Positions 28,910-37,818 of a stretch of 61,599 nt of DNA are shown piece after piece. The stretch is from positions 1-61,599 of the forward strand of contig JAKPTO010000052.1 of assembly GCA_029555085.1 (NCBI GenBank), given 5' to 3'. The position numbers and the translations under genes are program-made. Position 1 is the first letter of the stretch. Each line of letters starts with the position of its first letter. Below the pieces are notes generated by a model. The model made no database searches. It was not told the origin of the DNA and was given only the letters and a program-made list of their open reading frames with translations. Source of the stretch: a bacterium (lineage in GTDB: Bacteria > Patescibacteriota > Patescibacteriia > UBA1558 > S5-K13).

Positions 28910-29800
28910 TCAGGAACTTAAAAATTGTTTAACTAATTTTTCCGCCTGCTTATAATCCTTTATCCATATTATATCTTTTCTTTTATTAAACCAAGTCATT
29001 TGTCGCTTTGCAAACTGATGAATTGCGATTGATAATTGTGTAAACAATTCGCCATAATTTATTTTTTTCTGTAAATATCTTGAAATAAATCTATACTCAA
29101 GTCCAAAATCTTCTAATCTTTTCCATGAAACGCCATTTTTATGTAAATTCTTAATCTCATCAATCATATTATCATTTTCTAAACGATGTTTTAATCTTTC
29201 ATCAATTCTTTTGTTAATTATATTTCTATCAAATGTAATTCCAATTACAAGCGATTTAAATAATTTCTTTTTTATTTTCTTAGATATTGAACTGTCTGAT
29301 TTTGCAATTTCAATTGCTCTTATTACGCGTCTTTTGTTTTTTATATCAATTTTATTGTAAGATTTTAAATCTAATTTTTTTAACATTTTTTGAAGCTCTG
29401 GCAGAGGAGTGTTATTTAATTTTTTTCTAAAATCTTTGTTAATTTTTTGATCTGCTAAAATATAACCATCAACAATTGAATTTATATAAAGTCCCGTTCC
29501 ACCAACTATAAAAGGAACTTTCTCTCGACTATTAATTTCTTTTATTTTTTCTATAGCTTGTTTCTGCCAATCAAATAGAGTAATTTGTTTCTTTGGATTT
29601 TCTATATCAATTAAATGATATGGTATTTTTCCATAATCACATAAATCTTTTCCAGTTCCAATATCCATTCCTTTATAAACTTGTCGAGAATCTGCAGAAA
29701 TTATTTCACCATTAAATCTACTTGCGAGCTTAACTCCCAATTTAGTTTTGCCACATGCTGTGGGCCCCACCACACAAATTATTTTTTGTTTTTTATTCAT
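28910..29800 (-). CDS. miaA: tRNA dimethylallyltransferase
   Basis: GPTACGKT, SADSRQVYKGMDIGT, VGGTGLY, FAKRQMTWF. Confidence 0.97.
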   Translation of the reverse strand: MNKKQKIICVVGPTACGKTKLGVKLASRFNGEIISADSRQVYKGMDIGTGKDLCDYGKIPYHLIDIENPKKQITLFDWQKQAIEKIKEINSREKVPFIVGGTGLYINSIVDGYILADQKINKDFRKKLNNTPLPELQKMLKKLDLKSYNKIDIKNKRRVIRAIEIAKSDSSISKKIKKKLFKSLVIGITFDRNIINKRIDERLKHRLENDNMIDEIKNLHKNGVSWKRLEDFGLEYRFISRYLQKKINYGELFTQLSIAIHQFAKRQMTWFNKRKDIIWIKDYKQAEKLVKQFLSS

Positions 29801-29861
29801 ATATTATTTAATAGGAGTTTTTTCATTCCTGACTTATTATCCTAAAATTAAAACCTCCACC

Positions 29862-29947
29862 TGTCATCCTGAACTTGAAATCCCCCACCTGTCGGATCTC
29901 GATATTGTACTTCCTCAATGGGATTCTGAAATAGATTAAGAATGACA
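29862..29947. repeat. Inverted doublet of TGTCAT-tagged REP-like units
   Basis: TGTCATCCTGAACTTG ... GGATTCTGAAATAGATTAAGAATGACA; homologous to 6075-6127 in opposite orientation. Confidence 0.7.
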
Positions 29948-29966
29948 TCTAAATATTAATAAAAAT

Positions 29967-31241
29967 TTATTTGATTATTTTGCCTTCAAGACCCCATTCA
30001 AGAGCTTTGTTTATTTTCACATCTACAAATTGTCCTAAATCACAATCTATCGCATTAAAAATCTTTACAGTTTCATAAGTTTGCATTTTTCCTAAATAAA
30101 TTCCTTTTTTACTTTTATTTGTAACTAATACCTTTACAACACTACCTAAATATTTTTTATTTCTTTCTAATGATTGCTTTGCGATTAATTTTGTCATTTT
30201 TTCATCACGCTTTCTTTTTTTAATTTGTGATACATTATCATTATACATTTTATAAGCTAAAGTTTGTGGACGAGGAGAATAAAGTCCGCTATAAACTAAG
30301 GTTATTTTTGCCTTTTTTAAAATATTTAAAGTGTCTTTAAAATCCTTTTCAGTTTCACCACAAAAGCCAACAATTACATCTGTTGTGATATTTGCGTCCG
30401 GAATTGCTGTATATATTTTTTTAATAATTTCTAAAAATTGTCCTGAATTATATTGCCTGTTCATGATTTTTAAAATTTTATCACTTCCAGATTGCAGAGG
30501 AATATGAATATGATTTGATATATTATTATATTTTGCAATAACTTTTATAAGTTTATTATTAAATTTTGTTGGATATGGAGCCATAAAATTAATCCACATA
30601 TCTGGTTTTAAAATTGCAACAGCTTCTAGTAAATCGCTAAAATCTTTAATTCTAGAATTTTTGTCTGGGTTAATATAGGAATTAACAGTTTGGCCAAGTA
30701 ATGTAACTTGTTTAATGTTTTTAGGTAATTTTTTTACCTCATTTAAAATTTCTTTTGCTAATCTATTTTTTTCTAAACCCCTAGTATAGGGAACAGCACA
30801 ATATGAACAAAAATTATTACATCCATTTGAAATAGGAATTAATGCTAAAAGATTATCGCTCTGCTTTGGAATTATTTTTAAATAATCAATGTCTTCTGGA
30901 TTATAATTATAAAATTTCTTTTCCTTAATTAGCTTTGGAAGATTTTTTATTTTTGTAATATCAATTATAATATCAAATATTTTTTGAAGTTTTTGTATGT
31001 CTTTTTTTAATACACAACCTGTTAAAATCTTTATTGCACTTTTTTTGATTTTCTTTTTTCTAAAAACTTCATAAATTCTATTAACGGCGCTTTGTCTTAC
31101 ACTACATGCTAAAATAATAATTGCATCAGCATCGAAAATATTTTCTGTTTTTTTGAATTTCATAGAATCAAAAACAGAGCAAATGCGCTGCGCGTCTGAC
31201 TTATTCATATCACAACCAAAATATTTTATGTAATAGTTCAT
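29967..31241 (-). CDS. miaB: MiaB-family radical SAM methylthiotransferase
   Basis: FGCDMN, ACSVR, GCNNFCSYCAVPYTRG, QSGS, C-terminal TRAM; adjacent to miaA. Confidence 0.9.
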   Translation of the reverse strand: MNYYIKYFGCDMNKSDAQRICSVFDSMKFKKTENIFDADAIIILACSVRQSAVNRIYEVFRKKKIKKSAIKILTGCVLKKDIQKLQKIFDIIIDITKIKNLPKLIKEKKFYNYNPEDIDYLKIIPKQSDNLLALIPISNGCNNFCSYCAVPYTRGLEKNRLAKEILNEVKKLPKNIKQVTLLGQTVNSYINPDKNSRIKDFSDLLEAVAILKPDMWINFMAPYPTKFNNKLIKVIAKYNNISNHIHIPLQSGSDKILKIMNRQYNSGQFLEIIKKIYTAIPDANITTDVIVGFCGETEKDFKDTLNILKKAKITLVYSGLYSPRPQTLAYKMYNDNVSQIKKRKRDEKMTKLIAKQSLERNKKYLGSVVKVLVTNKSKKGIYLGKMQTYETVKIFNAIDCDLGQFVDVKINKALEWGLEGKIIK

Positions 31242-31244
31242 AAT

Positions 31245-32663
31245 TTACAATATTTCATTATCATGCGAATTGGATTCTCTAATGCCTGAATTAGTAATTT
31301 TTACAAATTCACAATCTCTTAAATCTTTTATAGTCATTGCATTTCCATAACTCATCCCAGAACGAAGCCCGCCAATATACCTACTTACAACATCTTTCAC
31401 TGGTCCACGATATGGAACTCTTGCCTCGACTCCTTCTGGTGTAATTTTAGACAAATCTTCTTTTGCGCCAGGACGACTTATTGAAGCTGTTAGTGATGCC
31501 ATACCACGAGAAATTTTATATCGTCTGCCATTATAATTTATAACTGGTCCTGGGGCTTCTTCGGTTCCTGATAATTGACCGCCAAGCATAACTGAATCAG
31601 CGCCAGCAGAAAGTGCTTTTACTAAATCTCCTGGTTGTTTTATTCCACCGTCGGCAATCATAGGAACTCCTAATTCACGACACACTGGATAAATATCCAT
31701 AATTGCAGTAAGTTGCGGAACGCCAAATCCCGTTGTAATTCTTGTTGTGCAAATTGATCCCGGTCCAATTCCAATTTTCACACAATCAGCCCCAACATTT
31801 ATTAAATCACGCGCCGCATCTGCTGTCGCAATATTTCCTGCCATTATTTCTAAATTTGGATATTTTGCTTTTATTTGTTGTAATGCCTCAATTTCAATTA
31901 AAGAATGGCCATGCGCAATATCTAAAGCGATTATATCAACCTCCGCATCAACTAAAGCATCGACGCGTTCCATAAAATCATCACCAACTCCAACCGCAGC
32001 TCCCACGAGCAATCTACCATGTTTATCTTTCGCAGAAAACTTATCATCAAAATTTTCTACTAAATCTTTTTTTGTAATCAATCCTTTGATATTAAAATTC
32101 TCGTCAACTATTGGAAGTTTTTCAATTTTATATTTTACAAAAAGTTTTTTTGCGTCTTCGATTGAAATTTCGTTTGTAGCTGTAATTAATTTATCCTGCG
32201 GAGTCATCAAATCACGAACAAATTTTTCATCACCATTTTCTAAAACATAATCTCTTTTTGTAATAATTCCCAAAAGTTTTGTGCTACCCTCCTCGCAAAC
32301 CAAAAATCCAGAGTATCCGTATTCTTTTGCTTTTGCACGGAGCTCTTCTAGTGTGCTGTTTGGATCTATTGTCAAAGGTTTTCGAACAATCATACTTTGA
32401 TGTCTTTTTACTCTCAAAACTTCTTTTGCTTGATATTCAATAGAACAAAATCTGTGAATTATTCCAATTCCTCCAATACTTGCCATTGCAATAGCCATTT
32501 TACTCTCAGTTACAGTGTCCATGTTGGAAGAAACAATAGGAATATTCAATGTAATATTTTTTGATAATTTTGTACTTGTATTGACATCTTTTCTAGATCT
32601 AATTTGAGACATTTTTGGTACTAGTAGTACATCATCATAAGTTAGAGCTTCGCGTATATTCAT
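31245..32663 (-). CDS. guaB: IMP dehydrogenase with CBS domains
   Basis: [36 protein letters not shown]. Confidence 0.95.
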   Translation of the reverse strand: MNIREALTYDDVLLVPKMSQIRSRKDVNTSTKLSKNITLNIPIVSSNMDTVTESKMAIAMASIGGIGIIHRFCSIEYQAKEVLRVKRHQSMIVRKPLTIDPNSTLEELRAKAKEYGYSGFLVCEEGSTKLLGIITKRDYVLENGDEKFVRDLMTPQDKLITATNEISIEDAKKLFVKYKIEKLPIVDENFNIKGLITKKDLVENFDDKFSAKDKHGRLLVGAAVGVGDDFMERVDALVDAEVDIIALDIAHGHSLIEIEALQQIKAKYPNLEIMAGNIATADAARDLINVGADCVKIGIGPGSICTTRITTGFGVPQLTAIMDIYPVCRELGVPMIADGGIKQPGDLVKALSAGADSVMLGGQLSGTEEAPGPVINYNGRRYKISRGMASLTASISRPGAKEDLSKITPEGVEARVPYRGPVKDVVSRYIGGLRSGMSYGNAMTIKDLRDCEFVKITNSGIRESNSHDNEIL

Positions 32664-32846
32664 AATAGCTTTTATTAATAATAAACATTGTTTAGTTTAC
32701 AACAATTAAAAGAAAAGGGGAATAGCTGAGCCATCCTACTGCATAGATATTACAATGCAAGAGTTATCTCGTGTAAAGAAATGGTTATTTGCCTTTTATT
32801 TTGATAGTGATAGAATTTAAATAGTTATAATTAATTACAAAAACAT

Positions 32847-33440
32847 ATGGGATTATTTTTATCATCCATGGAAAAACAAATAAAAAAACAATATATAAAA
32901 ATGATGTTAAATTTAGGTATGTCAGACTCAGAAGCTACGGAGACGGTTGAGGAATTAATGCGTATCGCAAAAGAAAACATTATAAAAAAAGGAGAGGATT
33001 CTTTACCGAAAAACTTTGCAGAACTAATACTATCTGGTGATACAAGATTCAAAAAAGATCTTAAAAAAATCAAAAAAGAAGGTGTTAGAGATGAGGATAT
33101 AAGATGGTGGTGGAATTTAGATCCATTGGAAAGAGAAATGATGAGAATGTCTGATTTTTATAATAAATTAACTTTATATACCTCTCTTTTAAGAGAAGGC
33201 AAAAGCATAGAGGAAACATTTCCCATAATATCAAAATATCATCCTCGATTTGAGCAGGAGAAAGGTACTCAATTTGGTTCGGATGAAGACGCTCCATTAC
33301 CAGAAGAATTAAAGGATAGGATAAATATTTATATTCAAAAAAGATTTATGAATGATAATGAACAGTATAAAAAGGAATTAGAAGAGTCTTCTAGTTTTAA
33401 TGCCCTTATTAGAAAAGAGATTAGGGAGGGAAAGTTATAA
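32847..33440 (+). CDS. Hypothetical protein
   Basis: 197-aa ORF with EGVRDEDIRWWWNL and DAPLPEELKDRINIY. Confidence 0.75.
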   Translation: MGLFLSSMEKQIKKQYIKMMLNLGMSDSEATETVEELMRIAKENIIKKGEDSLPKNFAELILSGDTRFKKDLKKIKKEGVRDEDIRWWWNLDPLEREMMRMSDFYNKLTLYTSLLREGKSIEETFPIISKYHPRFEQEKGTQFGSDEDAPLPEELKDRINIYIQKRFMNDNEQYKKELEESSSFNALIRKEIREGKL

Positions 33441-33442
33441 AA

Positions 33443-33634
33443 ATGGAATGTGATAATCCTCAGGTATCTAACAATAATCCATATTCAACATTTTGGTGGT
33501 TTTTATTATTAGTAATTACAAAAACATTTTATAAATCAGACCACTTCAATACTGGTAGTATTTTTATATTGATGGGTATTATATTATTTATAATGTTTAT
33601 ATATTGGGCAATAGGGTATAAAAATAAAATTTAA
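33443..33634 (+). CDS. Small two-TM membrane protein
   Basis: 63-aa ORF starting 2 nt after the upstream stop. Confidence 0.55.
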   Translation: MECDNPQVSNNNPYSTFWWFLLLVITKTFYKSDHFNTGSIFILMGIILFIMFIYWAIGYKNKI

Positions 33635-33638
33635 AAAT

Positions 33639-33791
33639 ATGGTGGGATTTATTATTAGTATACCATTAATTCTTCTTATTGTGACTGGTCTTTTTACAAT
33701 AGCATCTAAAAAAGACGATGGTTCTGTTAAAAATTTTTTGTTGGTTTTATTTTTAGTTATAATAATGGCACTTTGCTTTGCCCTTCTTTAA
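33639..33791 (+). CDS. Small two-TM membrane protein (50 aa, not in ORF track)
   Basis: MVGFIISIPLILLIVTGLFTIASKKDDGSVKNFLLVLFLVIIMALCFALL*; fills the gap with 4-5 nt spacers. Confidence 0.6.
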   Translation: MVGFIISIPLILLIVTGLFTIASKKDDGSVKNFLLVLFLVIIMALCFALL

Positions 33792-33796
33792 AAAAT

Positions 33797-34264
33797 ATGA
33801 ATAATAACAAGGTAATAACTATACCCACTCATAATTCTTTACAATATAAAGAAAAATTATTATTCCTTAAAAATTTAATAAATAAACTATATGAAGAAGA
33901 ACAATATTTGTTACCAATTTTTCTTTTAAGGTGTCAATTAATAGAATTTTCTTTAAAATACTTATTAATAAATTATCCATATAAACCGGACTATTTTGAT
34001 GAAAAAAAAATTGAAAAATTAACCATAGGACAAGTAATAAAAAAAATCAATAAATTCAACGATCCATACATGAAAAATATAATAAAGAATGGAACTGATC
34101 TTGTGAATCTTAGAAACGATTTAACACATAATTTTATAAAATCTAACACATCCATAAATGAAATAAATAAAAATATCAAAGATAATATGAGTGTTGCAGA
34201 TTTAATAGAGAAAAACATCTATTATTATCTTGAATTTGTTGAAAAAGAATTATATGGAATGTAA
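33797..34264 (+). CDS. Putative HEPN-domain protein
   Basis: QLIEFSLKYLL, LTIGQVI, LRNDLTH (Rx4H). Confidence 0.6.
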   Translation: MNNNKVITIPTHNSLQYKEKLLFLKNLINKLYEEEQYLLPIFLLRCQLIEFSLKYLLINYPYKPDYFDEKKIEKLTIGQVIKKINKFNDPYMKNIIKNGTDLVNLRNDLTHNFIKSNTSINEINKNIKDNMSVADLIEKNIYYYLEFVEKELYGM

Positions 34265-34295
34265 ATAATAATATAAATAATCTAAAAAATAATAA

Positions 34296-36068
34296 CTATA
34301 TTTCCAAACTTCTATTCTGTACCTTTTCCAATAAATCTTTCACGAATTTGTCTTTTGAAATTTCAACTAAATCTTTTTGACCTCTCACGCGAACTGATAA
34401 TTTTACAGATGCGATTTCCTTATCTCCAATAACTAAAACATAAGGAATTTTTTCATGTGACGATTTTCTTATTTTATTTCCAACTGTTTCACTCGTATCA
34501 TCGATCTCAACCCTTATTCCAAACTTTTCAAATTCATCTGCTAATTTTTTACAATGTTCAATATGTGATTCACCAACTGAAATAATCTTCACCTGAACAG
34601 GGGAGAGCCATAAAGGAAATGCGCCAGCATAATGTTCAACCAAAACTCCCAAAAATCTTTCAACGCTTCCCAAAATTGCGCGATGAATCATAACTGGTCT
34701 CATTTTCTGATTATTTGGTGCTTCATAAGTTAAATCAAATTTTTCTGGCATTTGAAAATCAAGTTGAATTGTTCCGCATTGCCATCTGCGACCAATTGCA
34801 TCATTTAAATGAAAATCAATTTTAGGACCATAAAAAGCGCCATCACCCTCATTTAATTTGTATTCTTTTTTAGTTGAGTCAAGCACTTCTTTTAAAGTAT
34901 TTTCAGCAAGCGCCCAAAGTTCCGGATCTCCCATTGCTTTTTCTGGTCTTGTAGATAATTCCATTTGATATGAAAATCCAAAAGTAGAGTACACTTCATC
35001 AACTAAATTTATTAAATCTAATATTTCATCTTTTATTTGTTCTCGGGTACAAAACACATGAGCATCGTCTTGAGTAAAAAACCTCACCCTAAATAATCCC
35101 GATAAAACTCCTGACAATTCATGTCTGTGACAAATTCCAAATTCTCCAGCACGAATCGGCAAATCCCTATAAGAATATTGATGGGATTTGTAAATTAATA
35201 AATTTCCAGGACAATTCATTGGTTTTAGAGCATAATCAACTTCATCAACTTTTGTAAAATACATATTGTCTTTGTAGTGATCCCAATGCCCTGATTGTAA
35301 CCACAAAGCTTTGTTTAAAATTATTGGAGTTTTATTTATTTCATAATTTCTCTTATGCATTTTCTCTGTCAAAAATTCAACTAATTTATCCCAAATAATC
35401 GTTCCTTTTGAATGAAAAAATGGCATTCCAGGTGCTTCTTCATGAAAACTAAATAAATCTAATTCTTTTCCAATTTTTCTATGATCCCTGCGTTCTGCTT
35501 CTTCTAACAATTTTAGATAATCATCCAGTTCTTTTTGATTCTCAAATGCAATTCCATAAATGCGAGTTAACATTTTATTTTTTTCATTTCCGCGCCAATA
35601 AGCGCCAGCAAGTTTTGTTAATTTAAATGCGCAATCTTTTAATTCTCCTGTGCTTTCAACATGAGGACCACGACATAAATCAACAAACTCTCCAGTTTTA
35701 TAAGTTGAAACTTTTTCAACTGTTCCAAAATTTTCTTCGTCATTTATTTTTGTTGTACCTTTTTTATCCAAATCTTTTAATAATTCTACCTTGTAATCCT
35801 GATTTAATTTTATAAATAAGTTTATTGCATCTTTTAATTTCATTTCCTCTCGTTCAAATTTCAAATCAGATGAAATAATTTTTTTCATTTCATTTTCAAT
35901 TTCCTGTAATTTATCTTCTGAGATAGAGGATGGCAATTCAATATCATAATAAAATCCATTTTCAATACTAGGACCTACTCCAAATTTTGATTTTGGATAA
36001 AGTTTTAAAACAGCGCTCGCCATAACATGAGCAAGTGAATGTCTTAATAATTCCATATCTTTTTTCAT
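34296..36068 (-). CDS. thrS: Threonine-tRNA ligase
   Basis: LRHSLAH, DLCRGPH, RDHRKIG, KPMNCP, FTQDDAH, YGPKIDF. Confidence 0.98.
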   Translation of the reverse strand: MKKDMELLRHSLAHVMASAVLKLYPKSKFGVGPSIENGFYYDIELPSSISEDKLQEIENEMKKIISSDLKFEREEMKLKDAINLFIKLNQDYKVELLKDLDKKGTTKINDEENFGTVEKVSTYKTGEFVDLCRGPHVESTGELKDCAFKLTKLAGAYWRGNEKNKMLTRIYGIAFENQKELDDYLKLLEEAERRDHRKIGKELDLFSFHEEAPGMPFFHSKGTIIWDKLVEFLTEKMHKRNYEINKTPIILNKALWLQSGHWDHYKDNMYFTKVDEVDYALKPMNCPGNLLIYKSHQYSYRDLPIRAGEFGICHRHELSGVLSGLFRVRFFTQDDAHVFCTREQIKDEILDLINLVDEVYSTFGFSYQMELSTRPEKAMGDPELWALAENTLKEVLDSTKKEYKLNEGDGAFYGPKIDFHLNDAIGRRWQCGTIQLDFQMPEKFDLTYEAPNNQKMRPVMIHRAILGSVERFLGVLVEHYAGAFPLWLSPVQVKIISVGESHIEHCKKLADEFEKFGIRVEIDDTSETVGNKIRKSSHEKIPYVLVIGDKEIASVKLSVRVRGQKDLVEISKDKFVKDLLEKVQNRSLEI

Positions 36069-36091
36069 ATATTTGTAAATTATTAATCAAT

Positions 36092-36320
36092 AAAAAAATC
36101 CCAAAAAACTTACCAATTTTGGGACCCTATTTTATCACTCAACAAATGTAAACAACCTACTACTAGAAACGAACAAAGTGAGCGAAGGGTGGTTCCACCC
36201 AAATTCTCTGCAAAATTCATGAAATTTCACAAAGCACTTTATAAATTGTCTTAAAGTTTAGAGCGCCTTATGGAGCTACTCTTACGAGTATTGGTTTGGT
36301 AAACCAATCAATCACTTCTG
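36092..36320 (-). ncRNA. T-box riboswitch leader of thrS
   Basis: AATTTGGGTGGAACCAC T-box (36205-36189); antiterminator partner AGGGTCCCAAA; terminator TCCCAAAA...TTTTGGGA-T7; ACC in hairpin loop at 36300-36298. Confidence 0.85.
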
Positions 36321-36326
36321 AAAAGA

Positions 36327-36355
36327 AGTATATCAAAAATATTTTTAAAATGCAA
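36327..36355 (-). promoter_or_regulatory. Sigma70 promoter of the thrS leader
   Basis: TTGCAT-N17-TATACT on the minus strand. Confidence 0.65.
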
Positions 36356-36391
36356 ATAAAAAAATATTATATCAATCAAAACCCTTTCTAA

Positions 36392-36418
36392 ACAAAAAGC
36401 CGGGAACATATCCCGACT
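36392..36418 (-). terminator. Intrinsic terminator after 36444..37622
   Basis: AGTCGGGA-TATGT-TCCCGGCT followed by TTTTGT on the minus strand. Confidence 0.75.
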
Positions 36419-36443
36419 CTTTCTCAAAAAAGATAATAAATTA

Positions 36444-37622
36444 TTACTCTATAATAACTTTTATGTGATCTGCCATTTTAGGAGCTTTTTTAACCCAGAA
36501 AGGAGTAAATTTCACTTTTACATTTTCAACGCCCGCTATTGTTCTAAAATAATCAATTATTTCTTCCTGTGTTAACCCCTTGAATTTTTCTGTATTAAAG
36601 GCTTCTGCACCTGAATCAGCAACAATACTTGCAGATAATTCTGATTCTATAGTAGCGCTTTTTTCTTCAGATATGTAACCACTAATATGATATTTAAATG
36701 ACTCGTCATCGTAATTTAAAAGTTTTTGCCCCTGAGAAAGTTGTTTATCCAAAAGTGATTGCGCTAATTTAACTAGCTCTTCTTCATTAAAAACCACGCC
36801 CACAACTTTTAATTTTACTGTATATTCAAATTTCGAAACCTTGTCTCCTAATTTTTTATTAGCTGTTCTTGAAACAACTTCTGTATATATAGAATTTTCA
36901 TCTATTGTTTCATTTTGACTTAAAACTTCTTTTATTTTAAACGCTGCGTCAACTTTCAAATCATTTGTAAGTTCTAATTCTGCTTTATCAAAATCTTCCT
37001 GCGTTATTTGATTTATTGTTATGCTTTCTTTTGTCATTGCATTTTCTAATTCTCCGTAAACATATTTCTGCGAATCTGCATTAAGTCCTGGAATAGTGAA
37101 TTTACCAGGTTGTTCTGCATATTCTTCTCCAATTTCATCAGCTATAACATAAGCATTTATGGATCCATTTCCCGGAATAGTAACTCTGTCCTGTATCCTA
37201 AAAATCTTTCCACTTTGCGATTGAAATCTTGTTGTGGCAATAAGTGTTTGACTTGTGGATCTATTATTTACAATTTTCATTGTTCCACCATATTTATCTG
37301 CGGATGTTTTCTTTTCCAAAACATAGAATTCTTTAGTTTTTTCTAAGGTTAGCTCAACCATTCTCCCGTTTAAAATATTAGTTTCTAAATAATTATTATT
37401 AGTTATTCCTTCTTTCACTTGAGTTGTTGCGCTTATCTTAGCTGTTTGACTTTTTACTTTTACTATTATCTCTGCTCTTGATAAAGAAAAATATAAAATA
37501 ATCGCAACCAAAAATATTGTTGCAAAAATAAATATACTTGCAATTTTTTTATAAGTAGAGCTAATAGAGTTTGCTCTTGTTCTTTGTATATTATTACTTT
37601 CAAAATTTGTATTAATTACCAT
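36444..37622 (-). CDS. Membrane-anchored protein with baseplate J-like domain
   Basis: N-terminal TM; QTLIATTRF..SGKIFRI...VTIPG...ADEIG...FTIPGL; C-terminal PFWVKKAP. Confidence 0.6.
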   Translation of the reverse strand: MVINTNFESNNIQRTRANSISSTYKKIASIFIFATIFLVAIILYFSLSRAEIIVKVKSQTAKISATTQVKEGITNNNYLETNILNGRMVELTLEKTKEFYVLEKKTSADKYGGTMKIVNNRSTSQTLIATTRFQSQSGKIFRIQDRVTIPGNGSINAYVIADEIGEEYAEQPGKFTIPGLNADSQKYVYGELENAMTKESITINQITQEDFDKAELELTNDLKVDAAFKIKEVLSQNETIDENSIYTEVVSRTANKKLGDKVSKFEYTVKLKVVGVVFNEEELVKLAQSLLDKQLSQGQKLLNYDDESFKYHISGYISEEKSATIESELSASIVADSGAEAFNTEKFKGLTQEEIIDYFRTIAGVENVKVKFTPFWVKKAPKMADHIKVIIE

Positions 37623-37818
37623 ATTTTTATTTTAATTTTTACAATATAATTATATAACAAAATAACAAAAAAATCACCCATTTAAAATATTATCTATCTT
37701 TTCTCTTAAATCATAAGAATCTAACACAAGTCCATTTATCCTAATCTTATTTATCTCACTGCCTCTTTTTACATAAAAATACACGGGAGACTTACCAGGA
37801 TATTTTGAAAATAAAGAT

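Noticed and set aside
29748-29939. 63-aa ORF containing CHPELE
   Set aside because: It is a translation of the palindromic repeat and overlaps the miaA start on the opposite strand
32664-32846. Canonical purine riboswitch upstream of guaB
   Set aside because: Conserved core (ATATGG, TTTCTACC, CCGTAAA) not found
36444-37622. Prophage or contractile injection system
   Set aside because: A single baseplate-like gene among housekeeping genes, with no other structural genes
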